This document shows positions 1-8,102 of a stretch of DNA of 64,000 bases, one piece after another. Position numbers and translations under genes: made by a program. Origin of the DNA: a virus (Duplodnaviria; Heunggongvirae; Uroviricota; Caudoviricetes); the IMG/VR virus record IMGVR_UViG_3300022555_000017, positions 1 through 64,000 of that record; one strand, given 5' to 3'. The notes beneath the pieces were generated by a model. It saw only the letters and a program-made list of their open reading frames with translations, did not search any database and was not told the origin of the DNA. Position 1 is the stretch's first letter. Every line of letters starts with the position of its first letter.

Positions 1-66
1 TTGGATGAATAACCCCATGACCATTAATGGTTCGGGGCAAACAATCCATCGGGTTTTTCTCTGCGT

Positions 67-88
67 CCGATAACCGAGCGTAAGTACC
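67..88 (-). repeat. Inverted copy of a ~20-bp motif (GGTASTTACGCTCRGTTAA) that recurs directly at 428-447 and 509-530
   Basis: The reverse complement of 67-88 is ggtacttacgctcggttatcgg, which matches 509-530 at about 20 of 22 positions. Confidence 0.5.
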
Positions 89-103
89 TGTAATCATTGA
101 GCT

Positions 104-145
104 TCTTTGGTAATGAAATTTGCTTCGTTACCAAAGACCTTTTCC
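104..145 (+). terminator. Hairpin with a 10-bp perfect stem (tctttggtaa / ttaccaaaga) followed by a T-rich tract; possible intrinsic terminator
   Basis: The stem and T-rich tail can be read directly from the sequence. Confidence 0.35.
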
Positions 146-273
146 TTTAGCCATCAGAAAATCTCGTAAAAGTTTATATCACTTACAAATGTGTAGTGTA
201 CAATCATACAATCATATGGTATAATCATACAAATATTATAAATAAGAATAAACAATATCAGGAGTTTACAAGA

Positions 274-429
274 ATGGCAAAGAAACCAAAAGTAGTAGAA
301 CAAAAAGACTCGCCCTTGTGTTATACATTGAAGGACACTATAGACCCCACCTTATTATCTAAACTAACACTTGAAGTATCATCTCGACCTAAAAAAATAG
401 TACCCAAAAAAGTTAAAGGATTACAATAG
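274..429 (+). CDS. Small lysine-rich hypothetical protein (51 aa, internal ATG of ORF 196-429)
   Basis: A caggag RBS lies about 8 nt upstream of the ATG at 274, and a tggtataat extended -10-like element sits at 216-224. Confidence 0.3.
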   Translation: MAKKPKVVEQKDSPLCYTLKDTIDPTLLSKLTLEVSSRPKKIVPKKVKGLQ

Positions 430-605
430 GTTACGCTCAGTTAATAGTCATCTTATTATACCACATTTTCAGGATTTTTGTCAAGGATTATTTTCTTCAA
501 TCATATCAGGTAGTTACGCTCGGTTAATGATGATACTCATTCCTATTATATCACATACTTACGAAAAAGTCAAGGATTTTCTTTTTTATTAATCATATCA
601 AGGAT
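428..605 (+). repeat. Two imperfect ~85-bp direct repeats, each starting with GTTACGCTCRGTTAAT and containing TCAAGGATT motifs
   Basis: Copies at 430-445 and 514-529, with tcaaggatt at 481, 570 and 599; no ORF covers the region. Confidence 0.5.
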
Positions 606-672
606 TTACGAAAAATAGGAAAAAACAGAGTGTGTTTTGGCGCTAGCCAAGCTAAACCTTCTATCTAAAATC

Positions 673-699
673 GAACAGTTGTCTTTTTAACAACAGTTC
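673..699 (+). other. Perfect 10-bp stem hairpin (gaacagttgt ... acaacagttc) with a 7-nt loop in a non-coding region
   Basis: Read directly from the sequence. Confidence 0.4.
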
Positions 700-847
700 A
701 TTTGTAAGACAGACAAAGGAAACAATAAAAAGTAAAATAAAAAGACAGCTTTTGGCCCCCTAGCGAGATCAACTTCATATATCGTCAAAATACTCTAAAA
801 TCGTAAGTATCTGATATAATAAGGAAAATCAATAAAAATCTTTCTAC

Positions 848-876
848 TTGACAAATCTTATAAATAATGATATACT
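848..876 (+). promoter_or_regulatory. Sigma70-type promoter, TTGACA-17-TATACT
   Basis: ttgaca at 848-853, a 17-nt spacer, tatact at 871-876; the spacer also contains a tataaata late-promoter-like box. Confidence 0.5.
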
Positions 877-888
877 TATAATAATCAA

Positions 889-976
889 GTGGAGGGAAAG
901 GGTCAAAAGCTACAGCGTAAAATGGGGGCTAAGTGGAGGGAAAGGGTCAAAAGCTACAGCGTAAAATGGGGGCTAA
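889..976 (+). repeat. Perfect 44-bp tandem duplication (2 copies plus 9 bp of a third) spanning the start region of ORF 933-1313
   Basis: gtggagggaaagggtcaaaagctacagcgtaaaatgggggctaa occurs at 889-932 and again at 933-976. Confidence 0.9.
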
Positions 977-1313
977 GTGGAGGGATACCGAAAAGGAAGT
1001 AGTTGATTTAATAGAACAAATAAACAGATATATAAAGATTAAAAAGTATCTTAAAACTGGTTGGCAATGGATAGCCACAGATAAGGTAGGTAATAAACAG
1101 ACATTCCACAATCTAAGTAAGTTCTGTGAAAACAATAACTTACAAATGACTAATCTTATAAGAACACAAGAAGGTATGGAGAGAAAATGGCATAAGGGAT
1201 ATAGAGTGTCAAAGAGAGTATTAGAACAGGATAGTATTGATAAAATGGTTAAAATGTTAGAGAATATGGAAAAGAGATTTAATGAAATAGGCTTAAACTA
1301 CAAGGAGTTATAA
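933..1313 (+). CDS. Hypothetical protein (126 aa from the GTG at 933; alternative ATG start at 966)
   Basis: Long ORF downstream of the promoter at 848; the start codon is ambiguous because of the 44-bp duplication. Confidence 0.45.
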   Translation: MEGKGQKLQRKMGAKWRDTEKEVVDLIEQINRYIKIKKYLKTGWQWIATDKVGNKQTFHNLSKFCENNNLQMTNLIRTQEGMERKWHKGYRVSKRVLEQDSIDKMVKMLENMEKRFNEIGLNYKEL

Positions 1314-1314
1314 T

Positions 1315-1506
1315 ATGACAAAGACGATAGAAGAGATGATAAAAGAGAAGATAGATAAGGCTGTAGATAGTAAGATAGAAAAAATGATTGAAAAGATAGT
1401 GGATAGGATGATAAAAGAGAAGATAGCTAAGTTAATAAATGATGATAAAAATACATTGACTAAAAAGGATGAAGATGATATAATGAAAATGTTGGATGAA
1501 ATATAA
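1315..1506 (+). CDS. Small K/E/I-rich hypothetical protein with a reiterated (KEKI/EKMI) heptad-like pattern
   Basis: ORF tightly coupled to the upstream gene (TAATATGA). Confidence 0.35.
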   Translation: MTKTIEEMIKEKIDKAVDSKIEKMIEKIVDRMIKEKIAKLINDDKNTLTKKDEDDIMKMLDEI

Positions 1507-1519
1507 AGTGATAATGTGC

Positions 1520-1660
1520 GAGTTATCACCTATACAACGAGAGTGATAAGTCGGTATATATCACCCTATTCATGGGGGTTCACAAGGTATATACCTCTGG
1601 GCGCTTACAAGTGTTAAATACATGCATAGAAAATCCCTGCCATCCCCCATGAATAAAGGA
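1520..1660. other. ORF-free stretch with nested inverted repeats; candidate structured RNA or regulatory element
   Basis: attcatggggg (1569-1579) is the perfect complement of cccccatgaat (1644-1654); gttatcac / gtgataa at 1522-1549; palindrome ggtatatacc at 1586-1595. No ORF on either strand between 1507 and 1710. Confidence 0.35.
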
Positions 1661-1710
1661 TAGCAGAGGTCATATTAATAATAATCTAAAATCTATACTC
1701 TGGCATCCTG

Positions 1711-1989
1711 TTATTCATAAGGGATTGCTAGAGTTATCTGTATTAAACACGATTCATCCAGTTCTCGTAAGTCTTGTTTAGTGTCAGGCCCCATAGGTTT
1801 AATATATAACCAACGCACAGGAACATCACCTTTAGAATATACATTATAATACTGACATACTACAAAAGGCCCTTGGCCATGTTCTTTAATAAAGGCAATC
1901 AGGTCTTTATCTTTTACAATCTTTTTTAGAACTTGTACATCCCACGCAAGTATATCACCTGGCTTGTAACTATCTGTTTTAATTAGCAT
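1711..1989 (-). CDS. Hypothetical protein (92 aa)
   Basis: ORF in the minus-strand block, overlapping the next gene by a few codons. Confidence 0.4.
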   Translation of the reverse strand: MLIKTDSYKPGDILAWDVQVLKKIVKDKDLIAFIKEHGQGPFVVCQYYNVYSKGDVPVRWLYIKPMGPDTKQDLRELDESCLIQITLAIPYE

Positions 1990-2266
1990 ATCTTTCTTCT
2001 TCCGCCTTTTCTATTTGTTTTCTTAATAGTTCTATTGCTTCAACTCGACTTACTGGTTTACCTGTCCATTCAGCACTATATTCATCTATTAATTGCCTGT
2101 GATCTCTTTCCTTTTTCTCTTTCTCTTGTAGACCTAACTTAATGATTTCATTCATTATTTCCTCTGCAACCATTTCGTAAGTTGCATCAGTATTTTTTGT
2201 AAGTATCTCATAATCATAATCTTTTAGTTTTTGTGCAATTATTGAAATTAGTTGCTCTTTTTTCAT
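1979..2266 (-). CDS. Hypothetical protein (95 aa)
   Basis: ORF in the minus-strand gene block. Confidence 0.4.
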   Translation of the reverse strand: MKKEQLISIIAQKLKDYDYEILTKNTDATYEMVAEEIMNEIIKLGLQEKEKKERDHRQLIDEYSAEWTGKPVSRVEAIELLRKQIEKAEEERYAN

Positions 2267-2317
2267 GTCTTTACCCCATATTTTATATTATAACACTATT
2301 TTACCACATTTTATTTT

Positions 2318-2578
2318 TTAAATCAAGTGAAAACATAATTTATTTTTGGCCTTGATAAATCTGCGAGCGTTGGCTATGTGGTTTGTGTCGGGTGGTGGAG
2401 ATTTACTCTGCAATCCTGGTTCTGGTGTGGGAAGATATAATTCCACATTCATTTTCACATTCATTTTCACATTCATTTTCACATTCATTTTCACATTCAT
2501 TTTCACATTCATTTTCACATTCATTTTCACATTCATTTTCACATTCATTTTCACATTCATTTTCACATTCATTTTCAC
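2318..2578 (-). CDS. Hypothetical protein with N-terminal (MNVK)x11 encoded by a 12-bp tandem repeat; could equally be non-coding
   Basis: ORF in the same orientation as its neighbours; every repeat unit carries an in-frame ATG. Confidence 0.25.
   Translation of the reverse strand: MKMNVKMNVKMNVKMNVKMNVKMNVKMNVKMNVKMNVKMNVKMNVELYLPTPEPGLQSKSPPPDTNHIANARRFIKAKNKLCFHLI
2445..2578. repeat. 12-bp tandem repeat (cattttcacatt) in about 11 near-perfect copies
   Basis: Read directly from the sequence. Confidence 0.9.
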
Positions 2579-2597
2579 TTATTTTTGCGTCTGCATC

Positions 2598-2822
2598 CTA
2601 TATTCTATCTATGTGTGAGCACCAACCAGGATCATATGATCCTGTGCTTACATAGTAATGATAACATGGTCTTTTCACGTTCCAGTCACAGTTATGTGCA
2701 TTACATGGGCGTTTTATTATCCAATCTTTAAATATATTACTGTGAACATCTTGTAGGCTAAAACCATATTCAGCGTTTTGTATGTTTGTAAGTTTTTCTA
2801 AAAAGTTTGTATCGTCTATCAT
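2598..2822 (-). CDS. Cys-rich small paralog family, member 1 (short, 74 aa)
   Basis: Shares the RPCYHYY...GWC...DR motif with 2819-3112, 3815-4108 and 4105-4398. Confidence 0.5.
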   Translation of the reverse strand: MIDDTNFLEKLTNIQNAEYGFSLQDVHSNIFKDWIIKRPCNAHNCDWNVKRPCYHYYVSTGSYDPGWCSHIDRI

Positions 2823-3112
2823 AATGGTTTCTCAAATTCCTCTAAGATGTTTATTATACATATATTTTTAGGCTTAAATCTTTCTTTAAATCCGCACCAG
2901 CCCTTTGTACTATTAACAGAAAGTCTTATATAATGTTGAAAACATGGTCTACCATTTGCAAATGAGCAATAAGATTTTTCAGGATTTCCACATTCAGATT
3001 TTATAAACCATTCATCATACTCACCTTCATTATTTGTAAATGTATACCCTTCTTTTATCATCTGTTCTAAAGTTTTATAGTTGTCACCCATTTGTTCTTG
3101 TTGGCTTATCAT
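2819..3112 (-). CDS. Cys-rich small paralog family, member 2 (97 aa)
   Basis: GYTF...C...C...RPCFQHYI...KGWCGFKERFKPK; ATGA overlap with both neighbours. Confidence 0.55.
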   Translation of the reverse strand: MISQQEQMGDNYKTLEQMIKEGYTFTNNEGEYDEWFIKSECGNPEKSYCSFANGRPCFQHYIRLSVNSTKGWCGFKERFKPKNICIINILEEFEKPL

Positions 3113-3387
3113 ATTATGCTAAATTCCTTTAAAATAGAATATACATTTATTTCTGGTTTCTTAAATCTATCACTTATTCCACAATAACATGCTGGTTCGC
3201 GTTTTCCATCGACTAATATTTTCCAACCCATGCAATCTGTTTGGTGATGCTGAAGAAAACATCGTGCACTACATGGGCTTTCTATATCTATAGACCAGTT
3301 ATCTTTATCACAATAAGTATATCCGGCATTAATATATTGCGTTAATAATTTAAAGTTATCTTCATATTGCTTTTGAATCATATGCAA
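3109..3387 (-). CDS. Cys-rich small paralog family, member 3 (92 aa, divergent)
   Basis: GYTY...C..C...CMGW...CYCGISDRFKKPE. Confidence 0.5.
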   Translation of the reverse strand: MHMIQKQYEDNFKLLTQYINAGYTYCDKDNWSIDIESPCSARCFLQHHQTDCMGWKILVDGKREPACYCGISDRFKKPEINVYSILKEFSII

Positions 3388-3418
3388 ATTCTTCTATAAC
3401 TATATATTTTTTATTTTT

Positions 3419-3643
3419 TTACACTTTTCCATATTCATACCTTTTAACTTCAGTCCATTTAGCTTTAACTGGTGGATGTAACAAAGTATATATAGCATCT
3501 TCTGCTTCTTTTAGAGTTTCAAAAATATATACATCACCTGATAGTTTTTCATAATTTCGCCAGTCCTCAAAAGTTATTGAATTATCGGAATACTTATATT
3601 GTATCATATATTTTCCTTCTTTTTCTAATATTCTATATGTCAT
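3419..3643 (-). CDS. Small protein, family B; paralog of 4909-5139
   Basis: Shares the RILE..Y.IQ...W......TLKEA.DA....P.K.KWT.V pattern with 4909-5139. Confidence 0.45.
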   Translation of the reverse strand: MTYRILEKEGKYMIQYKYSDNSITFEDWRNYEKLSGDVYIFETLKEAEDAIYTLLHPPVKAKWTEVKRYEYGKV

Positions 3644-3818
3644 TATGGTTTCTAAATGCCTCCAATAGTCTTATTACAAATTGATTTTTATATTCATCTG
3701 TGCCTGTTATAACTACCTGTATTTCTATAACTTTTACTAGTTCATGTGTTGTATTCCATCCATTGCCTATTAGTTTATCATTAATCTCACATTTTAGTTC
3801 TTTTATTGTATTACTCAT
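3633..3818 (-). CDS. Hypothetical protein (61 aa)
   Basis: ORF within the operon-like array, overlapping its neighbours. Confidence 0.35.
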   Translation of the reverse strand: MSNTIKELKCEINDKLIGNGWNTTHELVKVIEIQVVITGTDEYKNQFVIRLLEAFRNHNDI

Positions 3819-4108
3819 AGCTTATTAAACTCTCCTTGTATATCTAAGTCTATTTTAGATTCAGGCTTTTTGAATCTGTCTACATATGCACACCAGCCCA
3901 TATCTCTTTGTACATCATTTATACAGTTATAGTAACATGGTCTGATTCTATTCCAACTACATTCTCTGCCTTTTAAATCACATGAGGCTTTTATAGTCCA
4001 TTCATCTATTTTATAATCATCACAATAATCATCAAGTCTAAATTCATATCCTTCATTGTGTAGTTTTAGAAGTTTTATGTAGTTTGCGTCTTTTATTATT
4101 TCATTCAT
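3815..4108 (-). CDS. Cys-rich small paralog family, member 4 (97 aa)
   Basis: GYEF...C...C...RPCYYNCI...MGWCAYVDRFKKPE. Confidence 0.55.
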   Translation of the reverse strand: MNEIIKDANYIKLLKLHNEGYEFRLDDYCDDYKIDEWTIKASCDLKGRECSWNRIRPCYYNCINDVQRDMGWCAYVDRFKKPESKIDLDIQGEFNKL

Positions 4109-4398
4109 AGTTCTACATTAAACTCCTTTAGTATATTAAAGTCTACATATCCTTTTGGCCTTATAAATCTGTCTTTAAATCCGCACCAACCTTTTACATC
4201 ATCTGTAGGTACAAATATGTAATATTTATAGCATGATCTGCCGTTTGCGAAGGCACATATAGATCCATCATCATTATCACACTCATATTTTATAGACCAT
4301 GATTCTAATATATCTTTATCAGCTGTATTATATTTGAATCCATTAGCCATCATTTGCTTTAATATGTCTAAGTTTTTTATTTGCTCTGGGCTTTTCAT
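4105..4398 (-). CDS. Cys-rich small paralog family, member 5 (97 aa)
   Basis: GFKY...C...C...RSCYKYYI...KGWCGFKDRFIRPK. Confidence 0.55.
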   Translation of the reverse strand: MKSPEQIKNLDILKQMMANGFKYNTADKDILESWSIKYECDNDDGSICAFANGRSCYKYYIFVPTDDVKGWCGFKDRFIRPKGYVDFNILKEFNVEL

Positions 4399-4640
4399 AT
4401 TGTTCTAAACAGTTCCCTTTCTATATTTGAAAATCTTATACAATCGTTAGGCTTGAATCTGTCTGTGAATGAGCACTTGCGATCATCTGTAAATATTTTA
4501 GACATAATCTTATAGTGATAACATTGATCATTGCTTGAGCAATAGCATATTGATTGTCTATCTGTCACATACCATGTCGAATCATCATTAAATGTATAGC
4601 CATCTTTCATCATTTGTTGTAACTTTTCTATGTATGTCAT
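4395..4640 (-). CDS. Cys-rich small paralog family, member 6 (81 aa, divergent)
   Basis: GYTF...CYC...CYHYKI...CSFTDRFKPND. Confidence 0.45.
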   Translation of the reverse strand: MTYIEKLQQMMKDGYTFNDDSTWYVTDRQSICYCSSNDQCYHYKIMSKIFTDDRKCSFTDRFKPNDCIRFSNIERELFRTI

Positions 4641-4642
4641 TT

Positions 4643-4909
4643 CTATAATGTAAACAGTTCCTTATCCAATACTAATGTCTTTATACATTTAGGTTCTTTG
4701 AATGAACTGTGATATGAACATTGTGCTTCACCCCTAGATTCTGGAATGATTGAGTGTCTATAACATTGTGATTCATTACAATGACTAGTTAAACAATATT
4801 TTATTGTTGCTTCTTCATCAATATGCCATGAATCATCACCCATAAACGTATAGCCATCTTTTTTACGTCCATCTAAAATTCTTCTATTAAAATCTTCAGA
4901 TGTTACCAT
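4643..4909 (-). CDS. Cys-rich small paralog family, member 7 (88 aa, divergent)
   Basis: GYTF...C..HC...CYRHSI...CSYHSSFKEPK. Confidence 0.45.
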   Translation of the reverse strand: MVTSEDFNRRILDGRKKDGYTFMGDDSWHIDEEATIKYCLTSHCNESQCYRHSIIPESRGEAQCSYHSSFKEPKCIKTLVLDKELFTL

Positions 4910-5139
4910 TATCTTTCCTCAACAACTGTCCATTTGATGGGTTTATTTCTTTTTATTATCAAGTCTAGTGCGTCTTGTGCTTCTTTAAGATATGCATAAT
5001 ATGTTATATAATATGTTATATAATATGTCGGCTCACCATACATTGCTTTATATGCACCTTCATCAGTCCAGAAAAATAACAAAAATCTTCTTTGTATTTT
5101 ATATCGGTTATCATATTCTAATATACGCCATTTCTTCAT
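4909..5139 (-). CDS. Small protein, family B; paralog of 3419-3643; contains a YYITYYITYY stretch from a 12-bp micro-repeat
   Basis: Protein similarity to 3419-3643; ataatatgttat occurs about 2.7 times at 4997-5029. Confidence 0.45.
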   Translation of the reverse strand: MKKWRILEYDNRYKIQRRFLLFFWTDEGAYKAMYGEPTYYITYYITYYAYLKEAQDALDLIIKRNKPIKWTVVEER

Positions 5140-5214
5140 ATTAAAAATAGTCCTTTCTTATTTTATTAGATATGATTATAACAGAAATGTAGATAAAAGT
5201 CAAGAAGAATATTT

Positions 5215-5595
5215 TTAGTTTAAGATGGTGAATTGATCTAGTATGTCGATATGAAATGATTCAGCTTTTATAACATTTTCATTATATTCATCTAAGAACA
5301 TAGTACATTCTGAAATAAATATATCAGCTTGTTCTTCAGTATCAAAGTTTAGAATGTTTAGTTTGTGTATGTCTAGTTCTATTACATATCTATTATCAGG
5401 TCTGTAAAATCTATGGTCATCTGGCATCACAACATCACATGGTTGAAAAGTTATAGTATTATCTTTGTAGGCCCAACTCCAACTATGTTCTAAGTATGTT
5501 AGGTGTGGGTCAACATCTGTAACTCTAACTTCTACTTGCCACATTTTAAACATGTCCAGATATTCTTTAATGAACTCTATTTGTAATGGTATCAT
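5215..5595 (-). CDS. Hypothetical protein (126 aa)
   Basis: ORF overlapping the upstream gene (ATGA). Confidence 0.45.
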   Translation of the reverse strand: MIPLQIEFIKEYLDMFKMWQVEVRVTDVDPHLTYLEHSWSWAYKDNTITFQPCDVVMPDDHRFYRPDNRYVIELDIHKLNILNFDTEEQADIFISECTMFLDEYNENVIKAESFHIDILDQFTILN

Positions 5596-6227
5596 ATATC
5601 ATCCTTTGTGAATTCATCTAAGATATATAGCATTTTCTCAAGTTCATTAGTTTCTTTAAGTTTACCTAATATACTTTCAAAATCAAAGTTAGACCATTTA
5701 TGATGTTCGATTCTTTCACTTTCTGGAAAGTATCTAGGTGCAAAAAAGCTTGGTATAATATATGGCTCGTTACTTGGATAGTTATTAGTAGGTAAATATT
5801 GTCTTTGCCAGTTTGATATAGGCATTTGGTATTGCATTGCACTTGATGGTGTAGTATAAGTTGCTGCTGCTGTTGATGTAGTTGCATAACTACTCCAGTT
5901 ATATCCTGATGGTATTGTAGTTGATGTATAATTTAATGTGCTCATATTTCTTTCATAATGTAATGCAAGTTCATTTAACCGTTCTTGTAGTATAGTAGAA
6001 TTATCTCTAGTCATATTATGCGATAGTGCAACAAATTTATATGTCAGTTTTTTTGTTAGTTCAAGCATTATTTCATTAGTTAAAGATTTTGTTATATAAT
6101 ATCTGTGCAATATACCTTCATACATTTCAGTAAGGTCATATTCATCATGGCATTTAAGCTTTAACATAGAACTAAATTCATTTATAAATCCAAGTTCATA
6201 TACTGATAAGTTAGACATTTTTAGCAT
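5592..6227 (-). CDS. Hypothetical protein (211 aa) with an S/T/Y-rich low-complexity centre
   Basis: Long ORF in the minus-strand block. Confidence 0.45.
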   Translation of the reverse strand: MLKMSNLSVYELGFINEFSSMLKLKCHDEYDLTEMYEGILHRYYITKSLTNEIMLELTKKLTYKFVALSHNMTRDNSTILQERLNELALHYERNMSTLNYTSTTIPSGYNWSSYATTSTAAATYTTPSSAMQYQMPISNWQRQYLPTNNYPSNEPYIIPSFFAPRYFPESERIEHHKWSNFDFESILGKLKETNELEKMLYILDEFTKDDI

Positions 6228-6418
6228 TTATAAGTATTTATTTCCCCGTTAATCTCTGCAATGTCACGCTCTAAATCTCTCTGAACAAATCTATAAGTTA
6301 CATTAGATATATCTGTAGTTGGTTTAGTTGAGTTAGCTAAAAAGTTAGATATGTTTGTATGTTCAGCAGTTGTATGTTCTAACATTTCATATAACACTTC
6401 AAGTTTAATACATTTCAT
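6221..6418 (-). CDS. Hypothetical protein (65 aa), first gene of the minus-strand block
   Basis: ORF adjacent to the divergent intergenic region 6419-6691. Confidence 0.3.
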   Translation of the reverse strand: MKCIKLEVLYEMLEHTTAEHTNISNFLANSTKPTTDISNVTYRFVQRDLERDIAEINGEINTYKC

Positions 6419-6691
6419 TTACTTATCTCCTATACTTTTTATTTCATTATAACACACACATTTCAAAATGTAAACATAAACACATAGAAGGATTTTATAT
6501 ATGTTAGGGGTGAAAGATAAGTCAATCAAACCATAGTCTAAAGTTCTGTGTCTGTAAGGTAAAATAGTAGTCATTTTATCATATAGAATAAGAGAAATAC
6601 AACAGTTTTTATTAGAAATGTATAGAATCAAAATATACAATTCATATGAAATAGTATAAATAATAATATATAATTTTAAGGAGTATATTAG

Positions 6692-8098
6692 ATGTCACGA
6701 TTGGATAACTATTTGATTGAAAAGATTTCTAAAATAGAGTATAATGATATTCTGAATGATAAGTCTGTTGTAATAGGAGCGGAATTTGAGTTCTATCAGA
6801 CTAGTCATAAAGATATGATTGGTTCTGGCAATAATGATGAAGATTGGGCTGATTTCTATTATTTTACAGAGCAAATGACAAAGTATGAAGCTGATATGGA
6901 AGATTATGAAGAAGCTGAAATGGCGTATGGAAATTATCAAAGTGAATATGATGATTGGGTAGAAGCAGGTAAAACATATGAAGAGCCAGAAGAACCAGAT
7001 GCGCCGAATAAGCCAGAGCCACCCGAAATACCAGAATATGTATTAAATGTTGAGAATACAAGAGAAATAAATAATATGATAGCGAGAGGTTATATACCTG
7101 ATCCTACTTATTATACAAATATGGAAAATGATAACCAAGAAGTAATAAACAGAATTGAATCTGAAGTAGGTGATTTGATAAGTGATACTGATAACTGGGA
7201 GTTTAAAGGCGATTCATCATTAGAAACAGAAGGTATATCAAGTCTTGGTATAGAGATTGCTACATCACCAATGACATTAGCTGAGTTTCTTGATGTAGTA
7301 CCTAAAGTATTTGATTATATAGATTATACTGATGATACTTGTGGATTTCATGTGTCTATTAGTTTTGAAGGCATGAACTTAAAGGATGATTTTGATTCAT
7401 TTAAGATAGCCTTATTCATGGAAGAAGAATATGTATATAAGTATTTTAAGTCCAGAAAGGGCAATCAGTATGCTAAATCAGCATTTAGTGATGTTATTAA
7501 AAAGGGAAACTTCAAGCCTGATATACTAAAAAATCTTATAGATAAGAAGAAGGCTAACAGATCAATAACAAGTAGTCACTACATGGGTATAAACATAGAA
7601 AATATAAGTGAATATGACACAGACAGTAGAGTAGAGTTTAGATACTTAGGCAATAAGGACTATCATAAGAAATGGCCTGAGATTAAGAATATCATTGTAA
7701 GATATGTATACTTTATGAAGTTAGCTTGTGATCCTAACTATAAAAAGAAAGAATACTTAACAAAGATACAGAGAATGATAAACAAGATAGAGTTTGTAAG
7801 ATTAGGCTCATTTATGGATGGTATTAAATCAATAATAGATGGCGGTAAATTTATAGATTGGAAGATAGATCAAATCAATAGTATGCTTGAAGGAGAGGGT
7901 GTAGCAAAAGATTTAGCTGAGAAGTATTTTAGTGATTTTGAATATGATACACTTCAAGATTATAATAGTGAAATGCTAAACGCATATCTTACAAAGGCGT
8001 ATAGAAAAATGCAACAAGATTATAAAATGATTGGTTCATCAATTAAACTAACAAGTCGTGAAAAAACTTTAATAGATGCATATGTACTAGGAGTGTAA
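6692..8098 (+). CDS. Large hypothetical protein, paralog A; possible glutamine-synthetase-like amidoligase fold (inference)
   Basis: taaggag RBS. Motifs VVIGAEFEF, EIATSP, CGFHVSIS and VEFRYLG..KKWPEI are shared with 8103-9377; acidic low-complexity insert. Confidence 0.5.
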   Translation: MSRLDNYLIEKISKIEYNDILNDKSVVIGAEFEFYQTSHKDMIGSGNNDEDWADFYYFTEQMTKYEADMEDYEEAEMAYGNYQSEYDDWVEAGKTYEEPEEPDAPNKPEPPEIPEYVLNVENTREINNMIARGYIPDPTYYTNMENDNQEVINRIESEVGDLISDTDNWEFKGDSSLETEGISSLGIEIATSPMTLAEFLDVVPKVFDYIDYTDDTCGFHVSISFEGMNLKDDFDSFKIALFMEEEYVYKYFKSRKGNQYAKSAFSDVIKKGNFKPDILKNLIDKKKANRSITSSHYMGINIENISEYDTDSRVEFRYLGNKDYHKKWPEIKNIIVRYVYFMKLACDPNYKKKEYLTKIQRMINKIEFVRLGSFMDGIKSIIDGGKFIDWKIDQINSMLEGEGVAKDLAEKYFSDFEYDTLQDYNSEMLNAYLTKAYRKMQQDYKMIGSSIKLTSREKTLIDAYVLGV

Positions 8099-8102
8099 GA
8101 TA

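Noticed and set aside
236-243. Possible T4-type late promoters (TATAAATA) at 236-243 and 857-864
   Set aside because: The octamer is expected by chance several times in AT-rich DNA of this kind, and no late or structural genes are nearby to support it.
1507-1710. Possible tRNA gene
   Set aside because: No acceptor stem or T-loop (GTTCRANYC) arrangement could be found by eye. The GGTTCACAAGG segment lacks the required flanking pairing.
2445-2578. Possible CRISPR array
   Set aside because: The units are only 12 bp and contiguous with no spacers. It is a simple tandem repeat.
2346-2655. Possible coding status of plus-strand ORFs 2346-2618 and 2383-2655
   Set aside because: They are alternative frames of the 12-bp repeat (FIFT / SFSH repeats) on the opposite strand to all neighbouring genes.
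6419-6640. Possible coding status of ORF 6419-6640 (-) and minus-strand ORFs nested in plus genes (for example 6695-6940, 8087-8620, 24864-25377, 49311-49598)
   Set aside because: They give low-complexity, AT-codon-driven translations and sit antisense to well-supported genes or inside the divergent promoter region, so they are probably spurious.
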